DNA of 64,000 nucleotides from Eledone cirrhosa (GCA_964016885.1 OZ024754.1:44516001-44580000), one strand, 5' to 3'; positions 10,979 to 25,430 are shown, counted from the stretch's first letter. Numbers and translations are program-made. Notes: generated from the sequence alone by a model not told the origin.

Positions 10979-11087
10979 CTGAAGAAGTGACAACTGATTA
11001 TACATTTGCTATCGAATACTTGCTAACATTATATGATTACGCAAGCAGCGATACATAGGTATTCAGTCTGTTACAGAAACATATGTC
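10979..11087 (+). ncRNA. Hammerhead-like motif with an extended stem II
   Basis: CUGAAGA-A-GUGACAACUGA...UCAGUCUGUUAC-A-GAAAC-AUAU-GUC, with a palindromic AUAU tetraloop and GUC triplet. Stem I is not convincingly paired. Confidence 0.45.
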
Positions 11088-11244
11088 AATACCTAATAAA
11101 TTCCTTTATAAAAGCACTTTCATTTTATATTCATCTTTTCTACATTTTCTCCGGAATATAATTTATACTCGTTGAGCAAACCTACACGTACGCTGTTCAT
11201 CTCTAACGTAACGATATATTATCACCACATTATTGATAACTTGA

Positions 11245-11304
<60 letters not shown>

Positions 11305-11668
11305 TGCAACTTGATTTTGAGTAATGCCATCGTTTGATACTTAAACATGAGCATCATGGACATGGCTTTTTAGTCCTGCTAGGGACTTGCCTGTGGCCAG
11401 CAATACCATACACCTCAAAAAATGTCACATATCAAGCGATGCCTGTGTTTGAAGCTTTTTTAAGTGAGGAAAGGATTTACACGGAGCCAATCCCACTCTC
11501 TGAACATTGAATGCATTTTTCCAAAAAGAAGAACTGGTCTACATCATTGTATGCAGAGTGACCTTCTCCTAGAGAGATGTCTTAATGAAGACTAGGAGTC
11601 TCTCACTCCCCACAAAAAAAACAAAAAACTTTATTGGATAGCCGTTGACTCTCCTGAGTTTCTCCACC

Positions 11669-11705
<37 letters not shown>

Positions 11706-11747
11706 GAAACAGCAATGTATAAGGGACAACAGAAAATTTTTACTTAC

Positions 11748-11932
11748 TCATTGACAAGTTGGTCAGATTTATCAATAACCCTGACCAGAACACGTAACCA
11801 CTCCAAGGGCAGATCATCATTAGATGCTGCTAAATACTCGTCACAGAGGTCAGCAGCTAAATAAGCTTGATCATCAGAAGTGCCGCCACCTATGGTTTCG
11901 GGACTTATGTTTTTTAACCATTCTTTAGAGAC
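11748..11932 (-). CDS. WDR81: WDR81-like coding exon 2
   Basis: ttttag acceptor and GTAAGT donor; 185 nt, phase 0->2. Encodes VSKEWLKNISPETIGGG...DDLPLEWLRVLVRVIDKSDQLVN, where 'LPLEWLRV' resembles WDR81 'LPAGWTRV'. Confidence 0.85.
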
Positions 11933-12273
11933 CTAAAACAAGAACAATACATATAGAGTAAAGAACAAAATTGAAATCCTAGTTAAAATGTGGTGGTAAA
12001 TGTCAACATACAGATAAAGAATAAAATTGAAGATCCTTGTGAACCTAGTGGTGGTCTATGTTAACCAAAATGTATTTATTGTTTAAGTTTAAGGCGTTGC
12101 AGATCCAGTACTCAAGATACACGTTCAGCTTAATACCAGTTATTATTGGAGCTACAGGTTATATACCAACTGAAGTTAGATTTGTGGAGAAAGAACCCAA
12201 CTCTTTAATTTATAAACTACAAATAACTGTGATTCTGGAACCTTCAACATCTGGAAAACATCCTTACAATTCA

Positions 12274-14062
12274 GCAACAACACTACCAACAACAACATCA
12301 CTACCACTACCACCAACACCAACACCAACACCACTAACACTAACATCACTACCACCACCAACATCACTACCACTAACACCAACACCACTACCACCAACAC
12401 CAACACCACTAACACTAACATCACTACCACCACCAACATCACTACCACTAACACCAACACCACTACCACCAACACCAACACCACTAACACCAACATCACT
12501 ACCACCAACAACATCACTACCACTAACACCAACACCACTACCACCAACATCACTACCACCAACAACATCACTACCACTAACACCAACACCACTAACACCA
12601 ACATCACTACCACCAACAACATCACTACCACTAACACCAACACCACTACCACCAACATCACTACCACCAACAACATCACTACCACTAACACCAACACCAC
12701 TAACACCAACATCACTACCACCAACAACATCACTACCACTAACACCAACACCACTAACACCAACATCACTACCACCAACAACATCACTACCACTAACACC
12801 AACACCACTACCACCAACATCACTACCACCAACAACATCACTACCACTAACACCAACACCACTACCACCAACATCACTACCACCAACAACATCACTACCA
12901 CTAACACCAACACCACTAACACCAACATCACTACCACCAACAACATCACTACCACTAACACCAACACCACTACCACCAACATCACTACCACCAACAACAT
13001 CACTACCACTAACACCAACACCACTAACACCAACATCACTACCACCAACAACATCACTACCACTAACACCAACACCACTAACACCAACATCACTACCACC
13101 AACAACATCACTACCACTAACACCAACACCACTACCACCAACATCACTACCACCAACAACATCACTACCACTAACACCAACACCACTAACACCAACATCA
13201 CTACCACCAACAACATCACTACCACTAACACCAACACCACTACCACCAACATCACTACCACCAACAACATCACTACCACTAACACCAACACCACTACCAC
13301 CAACATCACTACCACCAACAACATCACTACCACTAACACCAACACCACTAACACCAACATCACTACCACCAACAACATCACTACCACTAACACCAACACC
13401 ACTAACACCAACATCACTACCACCAACAACATCACTACCACTAACACCAACACCACTAACACCAACATCACTACCACCAACAACATCACTACCACTAACA
13501 CCAACACCACTAACACCAACACCACTACCACCAACACCACTAACACTAACACCAACACCACTACCAACAACATCACTAATACTAACACCAACACCACTAC
13601 CACTAACACCAACACCACTACCACCAACAACAACATCACTACCACTAACACCAACAACACTACCAACAACATCACTACCACCAACACCAACATCACTACC
13701 ACTACCAACAACAACAACATCACTACCACTAACACCAACACCACTACCACCAACATCACTACCACCAACACCAACATCACTACCACTACCAACAACAACA
13801 ACATCACTACCACTAACACCAACACCACTACCACCAACAACAACATCACTACCACTAACACTAACACCAACACCACTACCACCAACAACAACATCACTAC
13901 CACTAACACCAACAACACTACCTACAACATCACTACCACCAACACCAACATCACTACCAACAACAACATCATTACCACTAACACCAACAACATCACTGCC
14001 AACAACAACAACACCATTACAACAACAACACTGCCACTAACAGCAGAAACCACAACAACAAC
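12274..14062. repeat. Complex (ACC/AAC/ACT) trinucleotide-based minisatellite
   Basis: Higher-order units such as acatcactaccactaacaccaacaccacta; source of the spurious Pro/Thr-rich ORF. Confidence 0.95.
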
Positions 14063-14273
14063 AATTAACATAAAAGACCCTATTCAATAGAAATCATGTG
14101 CAACCAACAAAGAAAGAAAACAGTAAAGAATGTGAGATATTTGGAGCCAGTTGAGGGGGGGGGGGCAGTAGGACAATGTATCTCTAGATGAGAGGGTAGA
14201 CAATGTCAACCCAGTAATTAGAACAAAGTAAAACAAAAAAAGCATGTGATAAGAACCTTTGTTTGCGTGTGTA

Positions 14274-14315
<42 letters not shown>

Positions 14316-14428
14316 TGTGTGTGTGTATGCATGCAGAGAAGGTGAGAAAGGAAAACAGAGAGAGAGAAGCAGACAGAGAGACAGACAGAAAGAGAGAAAG
14401 ACAGAGAGAGAGAGAGACTTAGAGACAG

Positions 14429-14466
<38 letters not shown>

Positions 14467-14934
14467 GTCATAACAACATCCACTTCACACTAAAGGAAAC
14501 TACCAAAACACACAAGCCTATGTTTGACTTCAGATCTGAAAACAACAAAAAATAGTTTAGTTTAGTTCTTAGCCCTTAAAATCCTGCAGTGTATAAAACC
14601 AGGTTAACAAGACAAACTTGCAAGGTACAAAACATCACTATGGTTCCTTTATATTAATAATTTAAGTCTTTACAACAATCTCTCCAATAGTAAAAATACT
14701 ATAAACATTTGAATTAACAAGCCTGTTATAAGTTATTTTTGACTAAATCATTACAGGATGTTAAGTGTTAAAACTCAGATAACTGGCTTCAAATCCTTGA
14801 TGAGGAAAGAGGATTTCATAACTTAATACTTTCGTTATCATATTTGTAATAAATAAATAAAAACTGTGTAATTTGAAAATAATCAAGAATTTGGAGAGAT
14901 TTAGTAAAATAGTACACTTTATCATTATTAAATT

Positions 14935-15095
14935 GAAGGGCGGTGGATTGGTAGTATTGGTAGAGAGTAGGTCACCATGCTTTGACGCATAGAGTTACGG
15001 CCTTTTCCATTCTGAGTTCAAATCCCACCGAGGTTAACTTTGCATTTCATCCTTACGGGGTCGATAAAATAAAGTACCAGTAATGCACTGGGGAA
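14935..15095 (+). mobile_element. tRNA-derived SINE, family 1
   Basis: B-box GAGTTCAAATCC followed by the core gaggttaactttgc(c)tttcatccttacggggtcgataaaataaagtaccagt. Further copies at ~17975-18090, 22745-22850(-), 44440-44590(-), 45950-46110, 53810-54170 (two) and 58600-59180 (two or more). Confidence 0.85.
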
Positions 15096-15999
15096 TTATA
15101 TCACCTGGAGTGGGTTTAGGTGGTTTGATGGCAACATTGTAAAAAGAAAAGGCATAAGAGCCACAACTTCATCTATGCAAGAAATCTTTATAGTCAATGT
15201 GATTTGTCTCAGCTAACAAATTAGGGCGTTGCAGTTGTAGATACAAATGTAGTGGTGGTGTTGGTGGTGGTGGTGGTGGTGGTGTTGGTGGTGTTGGTGC
15301 TGGTGGTGTTGGTGCTGGTGGTGGTGTTGGTATTGGTGTTGGTGCTGGTGCTGGTGGTGGTGTTGGTGGTGCTTGTGGTGGTGGTGGTGGTGGTAGTGTT
15401 GGTGGTGCTTGTGGTGTTGGTGGTGGTGTTGGTGGTGTTAATGATGATGATGGTGGGGGGGATTATAAGCTAAACTATTTTCACATTTAATTTGGTTTTA
15501 ATCAATTATTACTTATCCACACATACACATATATACACACACATGCACACACACACACATGTATAAACATGCACACACACACACACATGCATACATACAT
15601 ACACATACACACACCTCAAGCCAGCTTTATATGAGAGAAGAGGACAGTGTTAGACTGCACATGTGCACTGACTGGTACATATAGTGGAGAGAGAGAGAAT
15701 GGTAGTGATGGTGATGATAGTGTTATTAGTAGGACAGCTGTTAGCTTTCCAGACAAGTTAATGTACCGCCACCAGCCCTACCACCACCACCACCATCATC
15801 AGCCCTACTAGGCTACCACCACCATCATCATTATCAATGTTTAACCTTAATTTTCCATGCATTCATGGATTAGACTGATTGTCATTTTATGAGATTAAAG
15901 CATGTCTAGCTCGTATGTTCCATTTTGGGCTTGGTTTTCTATAGCTGGATGCCTGTCCTAATGCTAACAACATGTAATTAGAGCATTTTCTGTGGTGCC

Positions 16000-17050
16000 A
16001 TCACTACCATCTTACATGGTGGACTGGCTGCTTTTGACAGGGCACAAGTACTACCATCTTACAGGGTGAACTGGGTGCTTTTGACAGGGCACCAGCATGA
16101 CACACCTAATGTGGTGAACTAGGTGCTTTTGTCATAGCACCAGCACTACCACCTTACAAGGTGGACTAGGTGCTTTTGTCATGATACCAGCACTAACATT
16201 ATACATGGTGGGCTAGATTCTTTTTATCATGATACCAGCGCTACCACTTTACTAGGTAGACTGGGTACTTTTGTCATGGTACCAGCACTACCACTTTACT
16301 AGGTAGACTAGGTACTTTTGTCATGGTACCAGCACTACCACTTTACTAGGTAGACTGGGTACTTTTGTCATGGTACCAGCACTACCACTTTACTAGGTAG
16401 ACTAGGTACTTTTGTCATGGTACCATCACTACCACTTTACTAGGTAGACTAGGTACTTTTGTCATGGTACCAGCACTACCACTTTACTAGGTAGACTAGG
16501 TACTTTTGTCATGGTACCAGCACTACCACTTTACTAGGTAGACTAGGTACTTTTGTCATGGTACCAGCACTACCACTTTACTAGGTAGACTGGGTACTTT
16601 TGTCATGGTACCAGCACTACCACTTTACTAGGTAGACTAGGTACTTTTGTCATGGTACCAGCACTACCACTTTACTAGGTAGACTGGGTACTTTTGTCAT
16701 GGTACCAGCACTACCACTTTACTAGGTAGACTAGGTACTTTTGTCATGGTACCAGCACTACCACTTTACTAGGTAGACTGGGTATTTTTGTCATGGTACC
16801 AGCACTACCACTTTACTAGGTAGACTAGGTACTTTTGTCATGGTACCAGCACTACCACTTTACTAGGTAGACTGGGTACTTTTGTCATGGTACCAGCACT
16901 ACCACTTTACTAGGTAGACTGGGTACTTTTGTCATGGTTCCAGCACTACCACTTTACTAGTAGACTAGGTACTTTTGTCATGGTACCAGCACTGTCTACC
17001 TTATAGGATAGACTGGTTGCTACTGTGGCACCAGCACTACCACCTAACAA
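16000..17050. repeat. 43-bp minisatellite related to the 44-bp array at 1801
   Basis: Unit actaggtagact(g/a)ggtacttttgtcatggtaccagcactaccacttt; homogeneous centre with diverged edges. Confidence 0.95.
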
Positions 17051-17059
17051 GGGTAGAAC

Positions 17060-17357
17060 CAGAGGTGTAACTAGGGTGTGGCAAGCATGGCATGTGCCAT
17101 GGGCCCCACCTGAAGGGGGCGCCACTTGAACTAGGAACAGGTTCTGTTAAAGTCAGGTAAGCTATCATCTGAGAGTGAAGAAAGAAACTCCTTCAGGTGT
17201 ATGATCTGTCTCTATCATGGGTGAGAACTCTATGGTGGCTGGATCATTAAACCATTTATATAAATTATTAGACCTCCATAGGTAAAACTACATTGCTGAG
17301 TAGGGGTCACAATATCACTGCTTGCCATAGGTGGTATTTTCCCTAGTTATGCCTCTG
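17060..17357. mobile_element. hAT-type MITE (298 bp)
   Basis: TIRs CAGAGGTGTAACTAGGG / CCCTAGTTATGCCTCTG, with an exact 8-bp TSD GGTAGAAC at 17052-17059 and 17358-17365. Confidence 0.9.
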
Positions 17358-18089
17358 GGTAGAACAACAATAACAATTTCTCATTGATTGATATTTGTAG
17401 AGACAGAATAAGTTAGTGGATAATGTTATAGGATTATAGATTTGTGGATAATTAGTTGAAATCTACTGTAGATGTTTGTTATGACAAGACACTTTATTCC
17501 ATGTCTCGGGTAATTTGGAGAAGAATATTGATTTCTAGTTTAGGCATAAGGTCAGCAAATTTGTGGGGAAGGGCAAAGTTGATTAACTCTTTAGCATTTA
17601 TACTGGCCATATTCAGCCAGAATTCTCTCACATCTTTTTGTTCAAACTGGCCGCTCATACTTATGTTAAGGTATTGTTCTCAAAATAAATAATATCAAAA
17701 TCTTGTAGATTCAAAATTATGTGAAATAATTATGTAAGATAAATCCTTTACAATGAAAATACAATAATGATAATGATAGCAGTAGTAGTGGTGGTGGTCA
17801 GGGGTGGAGGGGCTGTGTGTGAGCCAGTGAGATGCTCTCCTTTCTCAGTTACTAAGTTAAGACTGGCATGTAGTATCAGTAATGGAAAGACCAATGGAAA
17901 CACTGTTTCCTTTGTACAATTTGATGATCCTTCCTTCTGCCAGGAGTTCTGACCTGCAGTTGTTATCAGATATACCCCTAATCCCGCCGAGGTTAACTTT
18001 GCCTTTCATCCTTACGGGGTCGATAAAATAAAGTACCAGTAATGTACTGAGTAATTGCTGGCCTTGTGCCAAAAGTAGAAACAATTATC

Positions 18090-18290
18090 AGATATACCCC
18101 TAGATTCCTGAGTAACAACCAGATTACAAAGCATGGAACTCTGTCAAACACGTTCTCCAAGTAGATGAGATCTAGGTAGAGGGGTTTACTCCTAGTTAAG
18201 TACTTCTGCAGTTGTCTTATTAAGATGGAACCAGTACTACTACTTCTTGGCACAAAGCCAAACTACATCTTGTCAAAGTTAATTCTGTTC
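18090..18290 (-). mobile_element. RTE-like LINE reverse transcriptase fragment (degenerate)
   Basis: PRSSSTGSILIRQLQKYLTRSKPLYLDLIYLENVFDRVP..IWLLLRNLGV resembles RT 'GRSTTDAIF..RQLQEK...LY..F.DLEKAFDRVP'. Confidence 0.7.
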
Positions 18291-18639
18291 TTCTACATAT
18301 TTATAGTGAGTGTATGTGTGTATACAATCACTCTCTATTTATAGTGAGTGTATGTGTGTATACAATCACTCTCTATTTCCACATATGTGTGTATATACAC
18401 AGCTCCACATCCTACAACTGATATATATTAACAAACATATGCATGGATATATACACACGCACACACTCGTTTCACATATGCACACACTAATATTCTCTTA
18501 TCACATTATCCACACACATACACAACCACTCTCTCTTTTCACATATGCACATACATACATATATACACACACACACACACAGAAGTACTTATTCCCACAT
18601 GATTCACGCAACTAAACATACTCAATGCAGCCATATATG

Positions 18640-20175
18640 CACATGCTACATGCACATACAATATACACATGCGACATGCACATACAATATACACATGCGA
18701 CGGACATACAATATACACATGCAACATGCACATACAATATACACATGCGACATGCACATACAATATACACATGCGACATGCACATACAATATACACATGC
18801 GACATGCACATACAATATACACATGCGACATGCACATACAATATACACATGCGACATGGACATACAATATACACATGCGACATGGACATATAATATACAC
18901 ATGCGACATGCACATACAATATACACATGCAACATGGACATACAATATACACATGCGACATGCACATACAATATACACATGCGACATGCACATACAATAT
19001 ACACATGCGACATGGACATACAATATACACATGCGACATGCACATACAATATACACATGCGACATGCACATACAATATACACATGCGACATGGACATACA
19101 ATATACACATGCAACATGGACATACAATATACACATGCAACATGCACATACAATATACACATGCGACATGGACATACAATATACACATGCGACATGCACA
19201 TACAATATACACATGCAACATGGACATACAATATACACATGCGACATGGACATACAATATACACATGCGACATGCACATACAATATACACATGCAACATG
19301 GACATACAATATACACATGCAACATGGACATACAATATACACATGCGACATGGACATACAATATACACATGCAACATGGACATACAATATACACATGCAA
19401 CATGGACATACAATATACACATGCGACATGGACATACAATATACACATGCAACATGGACATACAATATACACATGCGACATGCACATACAATATACACAT
19501 GCGACATGGACATACAATATACACATGCGACATGCACATACAATATACACATGCAACATGCACATACAATATACACATGCAACATGGACATACAATATAC
19601 ACATGCGACATGCACATACAATATACACATGCGACATGCACATACAATATACACATGCGACATGCACATACAATATACACATGCAACATGGACATACAAT
19701 ATACACATGCGACATGCACATACAATATACACATGCAACATGGACATACAATATACACATGCGACATGCACATACAATATACACATGCGACATGCACATA
19801 CAATATACACATGCGACATGCACATACAATATACACATGCAACATGCGCATACAATATACACATGCGACATGCACATACAATATACACATGCGACATGGA
19901 CATACAATATACACATGCGACATGCACATACAATATACACATGCGACATGCACATACAATATACACATGCAACATGCGCATACAATATACACATGCGACA
20001 TGCACATACAATATACACATGCGACATGGACATACAATATACACATGCGACATGCACATACAATATACACATGCGACATGGACATACAATATACACATGC
20101 GACATGCACATACAATATACACATGCGACATGGACATACAATATACACATGCGACATGCACATACAATATACATA
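18640..20175. repeat. 23-bp minisatellite, ~65 copies
   Basis: Unit catacaatatacacatgc(g/a)acatg(c/g)a; stop-free in most frames, which produces the long spurious ORFs. Confidence 0.97.
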
Positions 20176-20271
20176 AGACAGGCAGGAAAATAAACCAGTA
20201 TTTTAATTAAATATTCATGAAAACTATTGATAATTTAGTACATTAGTAATAATTCTCCCCAGAGGAAGGAG

Positions 20272-20500
20272 CCTCCATGGTGTGCCAGATGGAAGGACTA
20301 TGACACCTACCTACATGGTGTGCCAGATGGAAGGACTAGACAGCTACCTCCATGGTGTGCCAGATGAAAGGACTATGACAGCTACCTCCATGGTGTGCCA
20401 GATGGAAGGACTAGACAGCTACCTCCATGGTGTGCCAGATGGAAGGACTAGACAGCTACCTCCATGTTGTGCCAGATGGAAGGACTAGAGAGCTACCTCA
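20272..20500. repeat. ~41-bp minisatellite, ~5 copies
   Basis: Unit cctccatggtgtgccagatggaaggactagacagcta. Confidence 0.9.
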
Positions 20501-20799
20501 ATTCACTCCACACCAACCTACATGTTGTGGTGTTGAAGTATATAACCTAATAAGCACTTATTCTATGGTACATGTTTGGACCCACACTAACACTGCAATA
20601 CATTTATTTATGATACTAAAATACAGACTGGCCTTCACATACAATCTATTGATCTGGGATCATCCATCAGGTTTAACAGTAGTTATCAGTTGTTAGTTTA
20701 ATTGAAACACCTATTTAATTAATGTGTAAGTGACAAACTACGTTTCACTTAATTAACTGACAGACTAAGATGACAGAGTGTAACAAGGCTGCCACTTAA

Positions 20800-21179
20800 C
20801 CCTTTAGCATTTAAACTGGCCATATCCAGCCAGAATTCTCTCACCACTTTCTGTTTAAACTGGCCGTAATAAGCTGCTCATACTTACGTTAAAGTATTAT
20901 TCACAAAATAAATAATATCAAAATCTCATAGATTTGATATTATGTGAGATAATTATGTAAAATAAAGCTGTTACTGTGAAAATACAATAGTATATATAGA
21001 GTAATGTAGATGTTATGTGAGATATTATGTGAGGTAAAGCCTTTACTGTGAAAATACAATAGTATATATAGAGTAATGTAGATGTTATGTGAGATATTAT
21101 GTGAGGTAAAGCCTTTACTGTGAAAATACAATAGTATATATAGAGTAATGTAAATGTTATGTGAGATATTGCTAAAGGG
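20800..21179. mobile_element. piggyBac-type MITE, second full copy (a partial third copy lies at ~17583-17770)
   Basis: TTAA|CCCTTTAGCA ... TGCTAAAGGG|TTAA; homologous to 9864-10248. Confidence 0.82.
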
Positions 21180-21559
21180 TTAAAGATACAATTTGTCATG
21201 ACTCCAAGATGACAATGTGTAACACAGCTGCCCCTTAGTATCAAAGTTACAATCCATCGGTCAGGACCCTACAGTTTCCACTTGACAAATTTCATTCATA
21301 AGGCGTGTGCCATATCAAAGCTGTGCCCAATATGCTATGCAGTAAGATTGAACTCGGGACCTGATGATGGTAAACCAAACTTCTTTGACTCCTTGCACAT
21401 ACCTGTCTCCAAACATATTAACAAACATCTCGTAAAAATCAATGAAAATTTAAAAACCAGTTCAAATATTAATATTGTAGGTTATTAAGTTACATAATAA
21501 GAGATAATATCTCTTAGTAGAAGGAAATACTGGAGCTAACACAAACATAGATCATTGTT

Positions 21560-22362
21560 ACATCATACTACACTACACCACACCACACTACATTACACCA
21601 CACTACACTACACCACACCACACTACACCACACTACACCACACTACATTACACCACACCACATTACACTACACCACACCACATTACACTACACCACACCA
21701 CACCACACCACACTACACCACACCACACTACACTACACCACACCACACCACACTACATTACACCACACCACACTACACCACACCACGCCACACTACACCA
21801 CACCACACCACACCACACCACACTACACTACATTACACTACACCACACCACACTACATTACACCACACTGCACCACACTACACCACGCCACACCACACTA
21901 CACTACACCACACCACGCCACACTACACCACACCACCCCACACTACACCACACCACACTACACTATACTACACCACACTATACTACAGTACAGTATACCA
22001 TACCACACATCACATTACACCACACCACACTCTACTACACAACAGCACACTACACCACACTAAACCACACCACATTACACTACACCACATTACACTATAC
22101 CACACCACACCACATCACACTACACCACACCACACCACAGTACACTACACCACACTATACTACACAACAGCACACTACATTACACCACACTAAACCACAC
22201 CACATTACACTACACCACATCACACTACACCACACTAAACCACACCACATTACACTACACCACACCACAGTACACTACACCAGACCACACTACACCACAC
22301 CACACTACACTACACCACACACCACACTACACTACACCCCACCATACTACACCACACCACTA
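21560..22362. repeat. Degenerate pentanucleotide (CACAC/CACTA) array
   Basis: Direct inspection. Confidence 0.9.
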
Positions 22363-23191
22363 TATCTGAAGAATAAATCATGTGGTCACAACTGGATTGT
22401 CTTTGATTAAAGGTTGGGCCGATTAGTGTTGGCCTAGGGTTAAACCACAACAAATATGCTACAATATTTCAACACAACACGGGCGAACGAGGGAACATTT
22501 ACATAGTTAACTTGATATGCTAGAAACAGCAGTCATATTTCCCCCATCTCACTTCTCACAATTTTAGGAAAGGCGTATTGTATAAGGTGTTAAGTCCCCC
22601 GTACATAAGATGGGATGGTCACTTTAAGAATATCCTTTGATCAGTGTTGACTACATACACTGTAATATTCCAACACAAACACGCCTCTATACTTTATCTC
22701 TTTCACTATCCCGTCAAACTGTTAAGAAAGACAATACGATAACAAATAATTGTTTCTACTATTGGCACAAGGCCAGCAATTACCCAGTACATTACTGGTA
22801 CTTTATTTTATCGACCCCGTAAGGATGAAAGGCAAAGTTAACCTCGGCGATAACAAATAATGCGATAACAAATAATGGTTAATTTTTATTATGACACCCG
22901 TCTCGTTGAAGTGTGTTATGAAGTGTTCTGGTGGAGGAACCACAGAAAAGGGGTCATTTTAAACCGTTTTGAAGGCCATATTAGTTCAAAGTAGATTAAC
23001 AGTCATGGGAAAATTATAAAATTTCACCTTCAAAATACATAGAAAGGAATATGTTTTGTGACAAGGTAGACGAGAAGAGAGTTTTTCATGTGAGGAGCAC
23101 CAACGAACCTTTCAATTAACTGGCCTTAAAATTGATTTTAAATCAAACAAACCAAGAGAAACAACAACAGGAAAGTACTTCATTTACTTAC

Positions 23192-23284
23192 CAAGCAAAC
23201 AGCAGAGTTGACCGGCGCTCCTAACCACCGTACGTGTTGCGTGGGCAGCCGCAGCTGTTCACAGATCAAGTGTATAACTTCCAT
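23192..23284 (-). CDS. WDR81: WDR81-like gene, coding exon 1 (start codon)
   Basis: ATG at 23284. 93 nt encode MEVIHLICEQLRLPTQHVRWLGAPVNSAVCL, followed by a GTAAGT donor (phase 0). Splicing to exon 2 gives 'AVCL-VSKEWL', resembling the WDR81 N-terminal 'VVALVPARWL' (recalled, not aligned). Confidence 0.8.
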
Positions 23285-23291
23285 GGGTAAA

Positions 23292-24100
23292 CTGTGGGTT
23301 GAGGTGGGCAATAACAGAGGCAGAAATATAGAGATGAGATAAGTTCAGTTACCCTTCTCTTTGTGAAAACATTAACAAGATAAAGAGAAGGAAGCTTACA
23401 GATGGGCGGTGGCAGTAGTGTTTTGATAGCGGAGGGTTCGGCTCCAGTAAGTTAAAAGACTGGCTTAACAGGGGGTAGGAAGGGAGGAGCTGTGTGTGTG
23501 GTCTCAGGTAGGCAGGTGGTTGAAACTAACTAGACTTCGGTAACGAGAGGATGACAACATAGTGATGATGATGCTGCTGCTAATGATGATGATGCTGATG
23601 ACGAAGCGGCGAAGGGAAATTTGTGCAGATGATGATGATGATTTGTGCAAGTGTTGATATGTTTGACGGAGGTGGGCAGCTTCTTTTCTTTTTCTTTTCC
23701 TGTTAACGTAACCCAGATCCAATTAAACCCTGAGACTGGTGTTGTTTTCTAATTTGTTCTTAAGTGGGCGTTAGTGGCATGTTAGTGCGGAGCTGAGCCA
23801 CCATATACATCATTGAAGACGGGAAAGATGTGTTTGGCAGTGTCCACAGACAGAGAAGTGAGTCAGATATGTTATTAAGAAGATAGATGTTCGGCTTCTG
23901 GCCATGACGGAAAGACAAGCTGTCTGTATGCGTGTATGTGTCACAAGAGGAAAATATATCGCCTTGGCTGAATAAGGAAATGAATGGGAAAATTGGTGAA
24001 ACAAAATAATAAAGCTGATAGTAGTGGTTTGGCGATAGAAAGCAAAACAAAAACGATAAAAAAAACTGTTCGATTTTCGATAAGTCGAACCAATTAAACA
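23292..24100 (-). promoter_or_regulatory. Probable 5' UTR intron (23292-23399), upstream non-coding exon and promoter region of WDR81
   Basis: GTAAG donor at 23399 and a pyrimidine-rich ...cccacag acceptor ending at 23292, 7 nt before the ATG. The upstream sequence is unique and richer in CpG than its flanks. The TSS cannot be located. Confidence 0.5.
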
Positions 24101-25049
24101 TGAAAATGATTTTTATTTTTTTTTAAGAGCGACAATTTATTGGAGAGTTCATTAAAGGGAGGTCACTCTGATGAGCATATTTTTATTTAATCAGTTTCGT
24201 AATATTTCGTGTAATTTTCATATCAATAGATTTAATTATTTTACAATTAATTATCAAATTGTTTTGTTTAATTAAATCATTAATTCTTTATTAAAATGTT
24301 ATTTCCATTTTGTGATCGTCTGTCGTCTCACATTCAATTTATAACAATATCATTATTCCATAATATTTGAACGATGACCTCTTCCAATCAAAAATATTAG
24401 TCACCGTTCTTTGATCTATTTTTTAAACTTTATTGTTTTCATGTCACATCGGAGCCGCCTTAGTATATCATCATACCATTATAGGAACCCCAACATTGGC
24501 AGCCCGGCAAAACAACATTATAAGCATCCGGGCAAAACAACATTATAAGCATCCGGGCAAAGCAACATTATAAGCATCAGGGCAAAGCAACATTATAAGC
24601 CCCCCTCCCCCACCCCACCGTCTCCCGGGCCAAGCAGTATTATGGGGCCTCTTCCTACGCAACTACTCACATTAGTAAAAATGTAAACGTCTCTAATAAA
24701 CCTCAGATTCAATCACTAATAACCAATGACCTATAATCAGTTCTGTACGAGCAAGACACGGTCACCGAACCTAGCATTGCTCACAACAGGATAACTCGTC
24801 TAACCCATGCCAGCGTAGAAAATGGACGTTAAACAGTGATGATGATGATGGTGATGGTGATGGTAATGATGATGATGATGGTGGTGGTGGTGGTGGTGGT
24901 GGTGGTGGTGATGATGATGATGGTGTAAATATAACGAATATCTTTGCTATTAACTGTCAAATGAGTTGAAGTGACGTTAACCCTTTCACGACCGGTGTAT
25001 TTCTAATAAAATACACCGGTCAACATCAGACTCTCCAGAGTCCCGTGAC

Positions 25050-25430
25050 CAGGTGGCTTTATCTAAACCGTTTAGGGGTCTAGTTCCATTTAATTGCTCG
25101 CCTCTGTCTCTTCCTGGTTTTCTTCCCTTCATCTACGCCGTCCCATAAAATCTGAACCACGATCCTTTCCTAAGACATTCTAACCATATGCCCATAGTAG
25201 TGGAGCTGTGATCTCTCAATTCAGAAAAGTGGTGGCACTACCTGAAGTGACTCTATGATCTCTGAGCTACACACTCTGTCGAGTAACCCTACTCTAAAGA
25301 CTGTTCGGAAGAACCCAATTTTGGCTGCTTGTGTTCACAATCATATTCTTTCGGTAATTACCCAAAATTCATGACCATAGGTAAGGGTCGGCATGAATAC
25401 TGAATTGAAGAACTTAGTGGGAACTTTTGG
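25050..25430 (-). mobile_element. RTE-clade LINE fragment (a second plus-strand fragment lies at ~25560-25730)
   Basis: Minus strand reads SVFMPTLTYGHEFWVITERI...IERSQLHYYGHMVRM, the RTE 'P.LTYG.E.W...QLRW.GHV.RM' motif. Confidence 0.75.

Noticed and set aside
12058-14040. 660-aa Pro/Thr-rich mucin-like ORF on the + strand
   Set aside because: It is almost entirely a trinucleotide-based minisatellite inside the long WDR81 intron after coding exon 1, is open on both strands, and has no recognisable domain.
14935-15095. Possible tRNA genes at B-box-containing sites (here and at 46120, 53830, 59030)
   Set aside because: No cloverleaf; each continues into a shared SINE core, so they are SINE heads.
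16000-17050. CRISPR-like regular repeats (also at 1801-2137 and 20272-20500)
   Set aside because: The units are head-to-tail with no unique spacers, there are no cas genes, and the context is a eukaryotic intron.
18539-20210. Overlapping 430-540-aa ORFs in nearly all frames
   Set aside because: Product of a stop-free 23-bp tandem repeat.
24168-24200. CTGATGAG upstream of WDR81
   Set aside because: No stem II or GAAA follows; probably a chance match.
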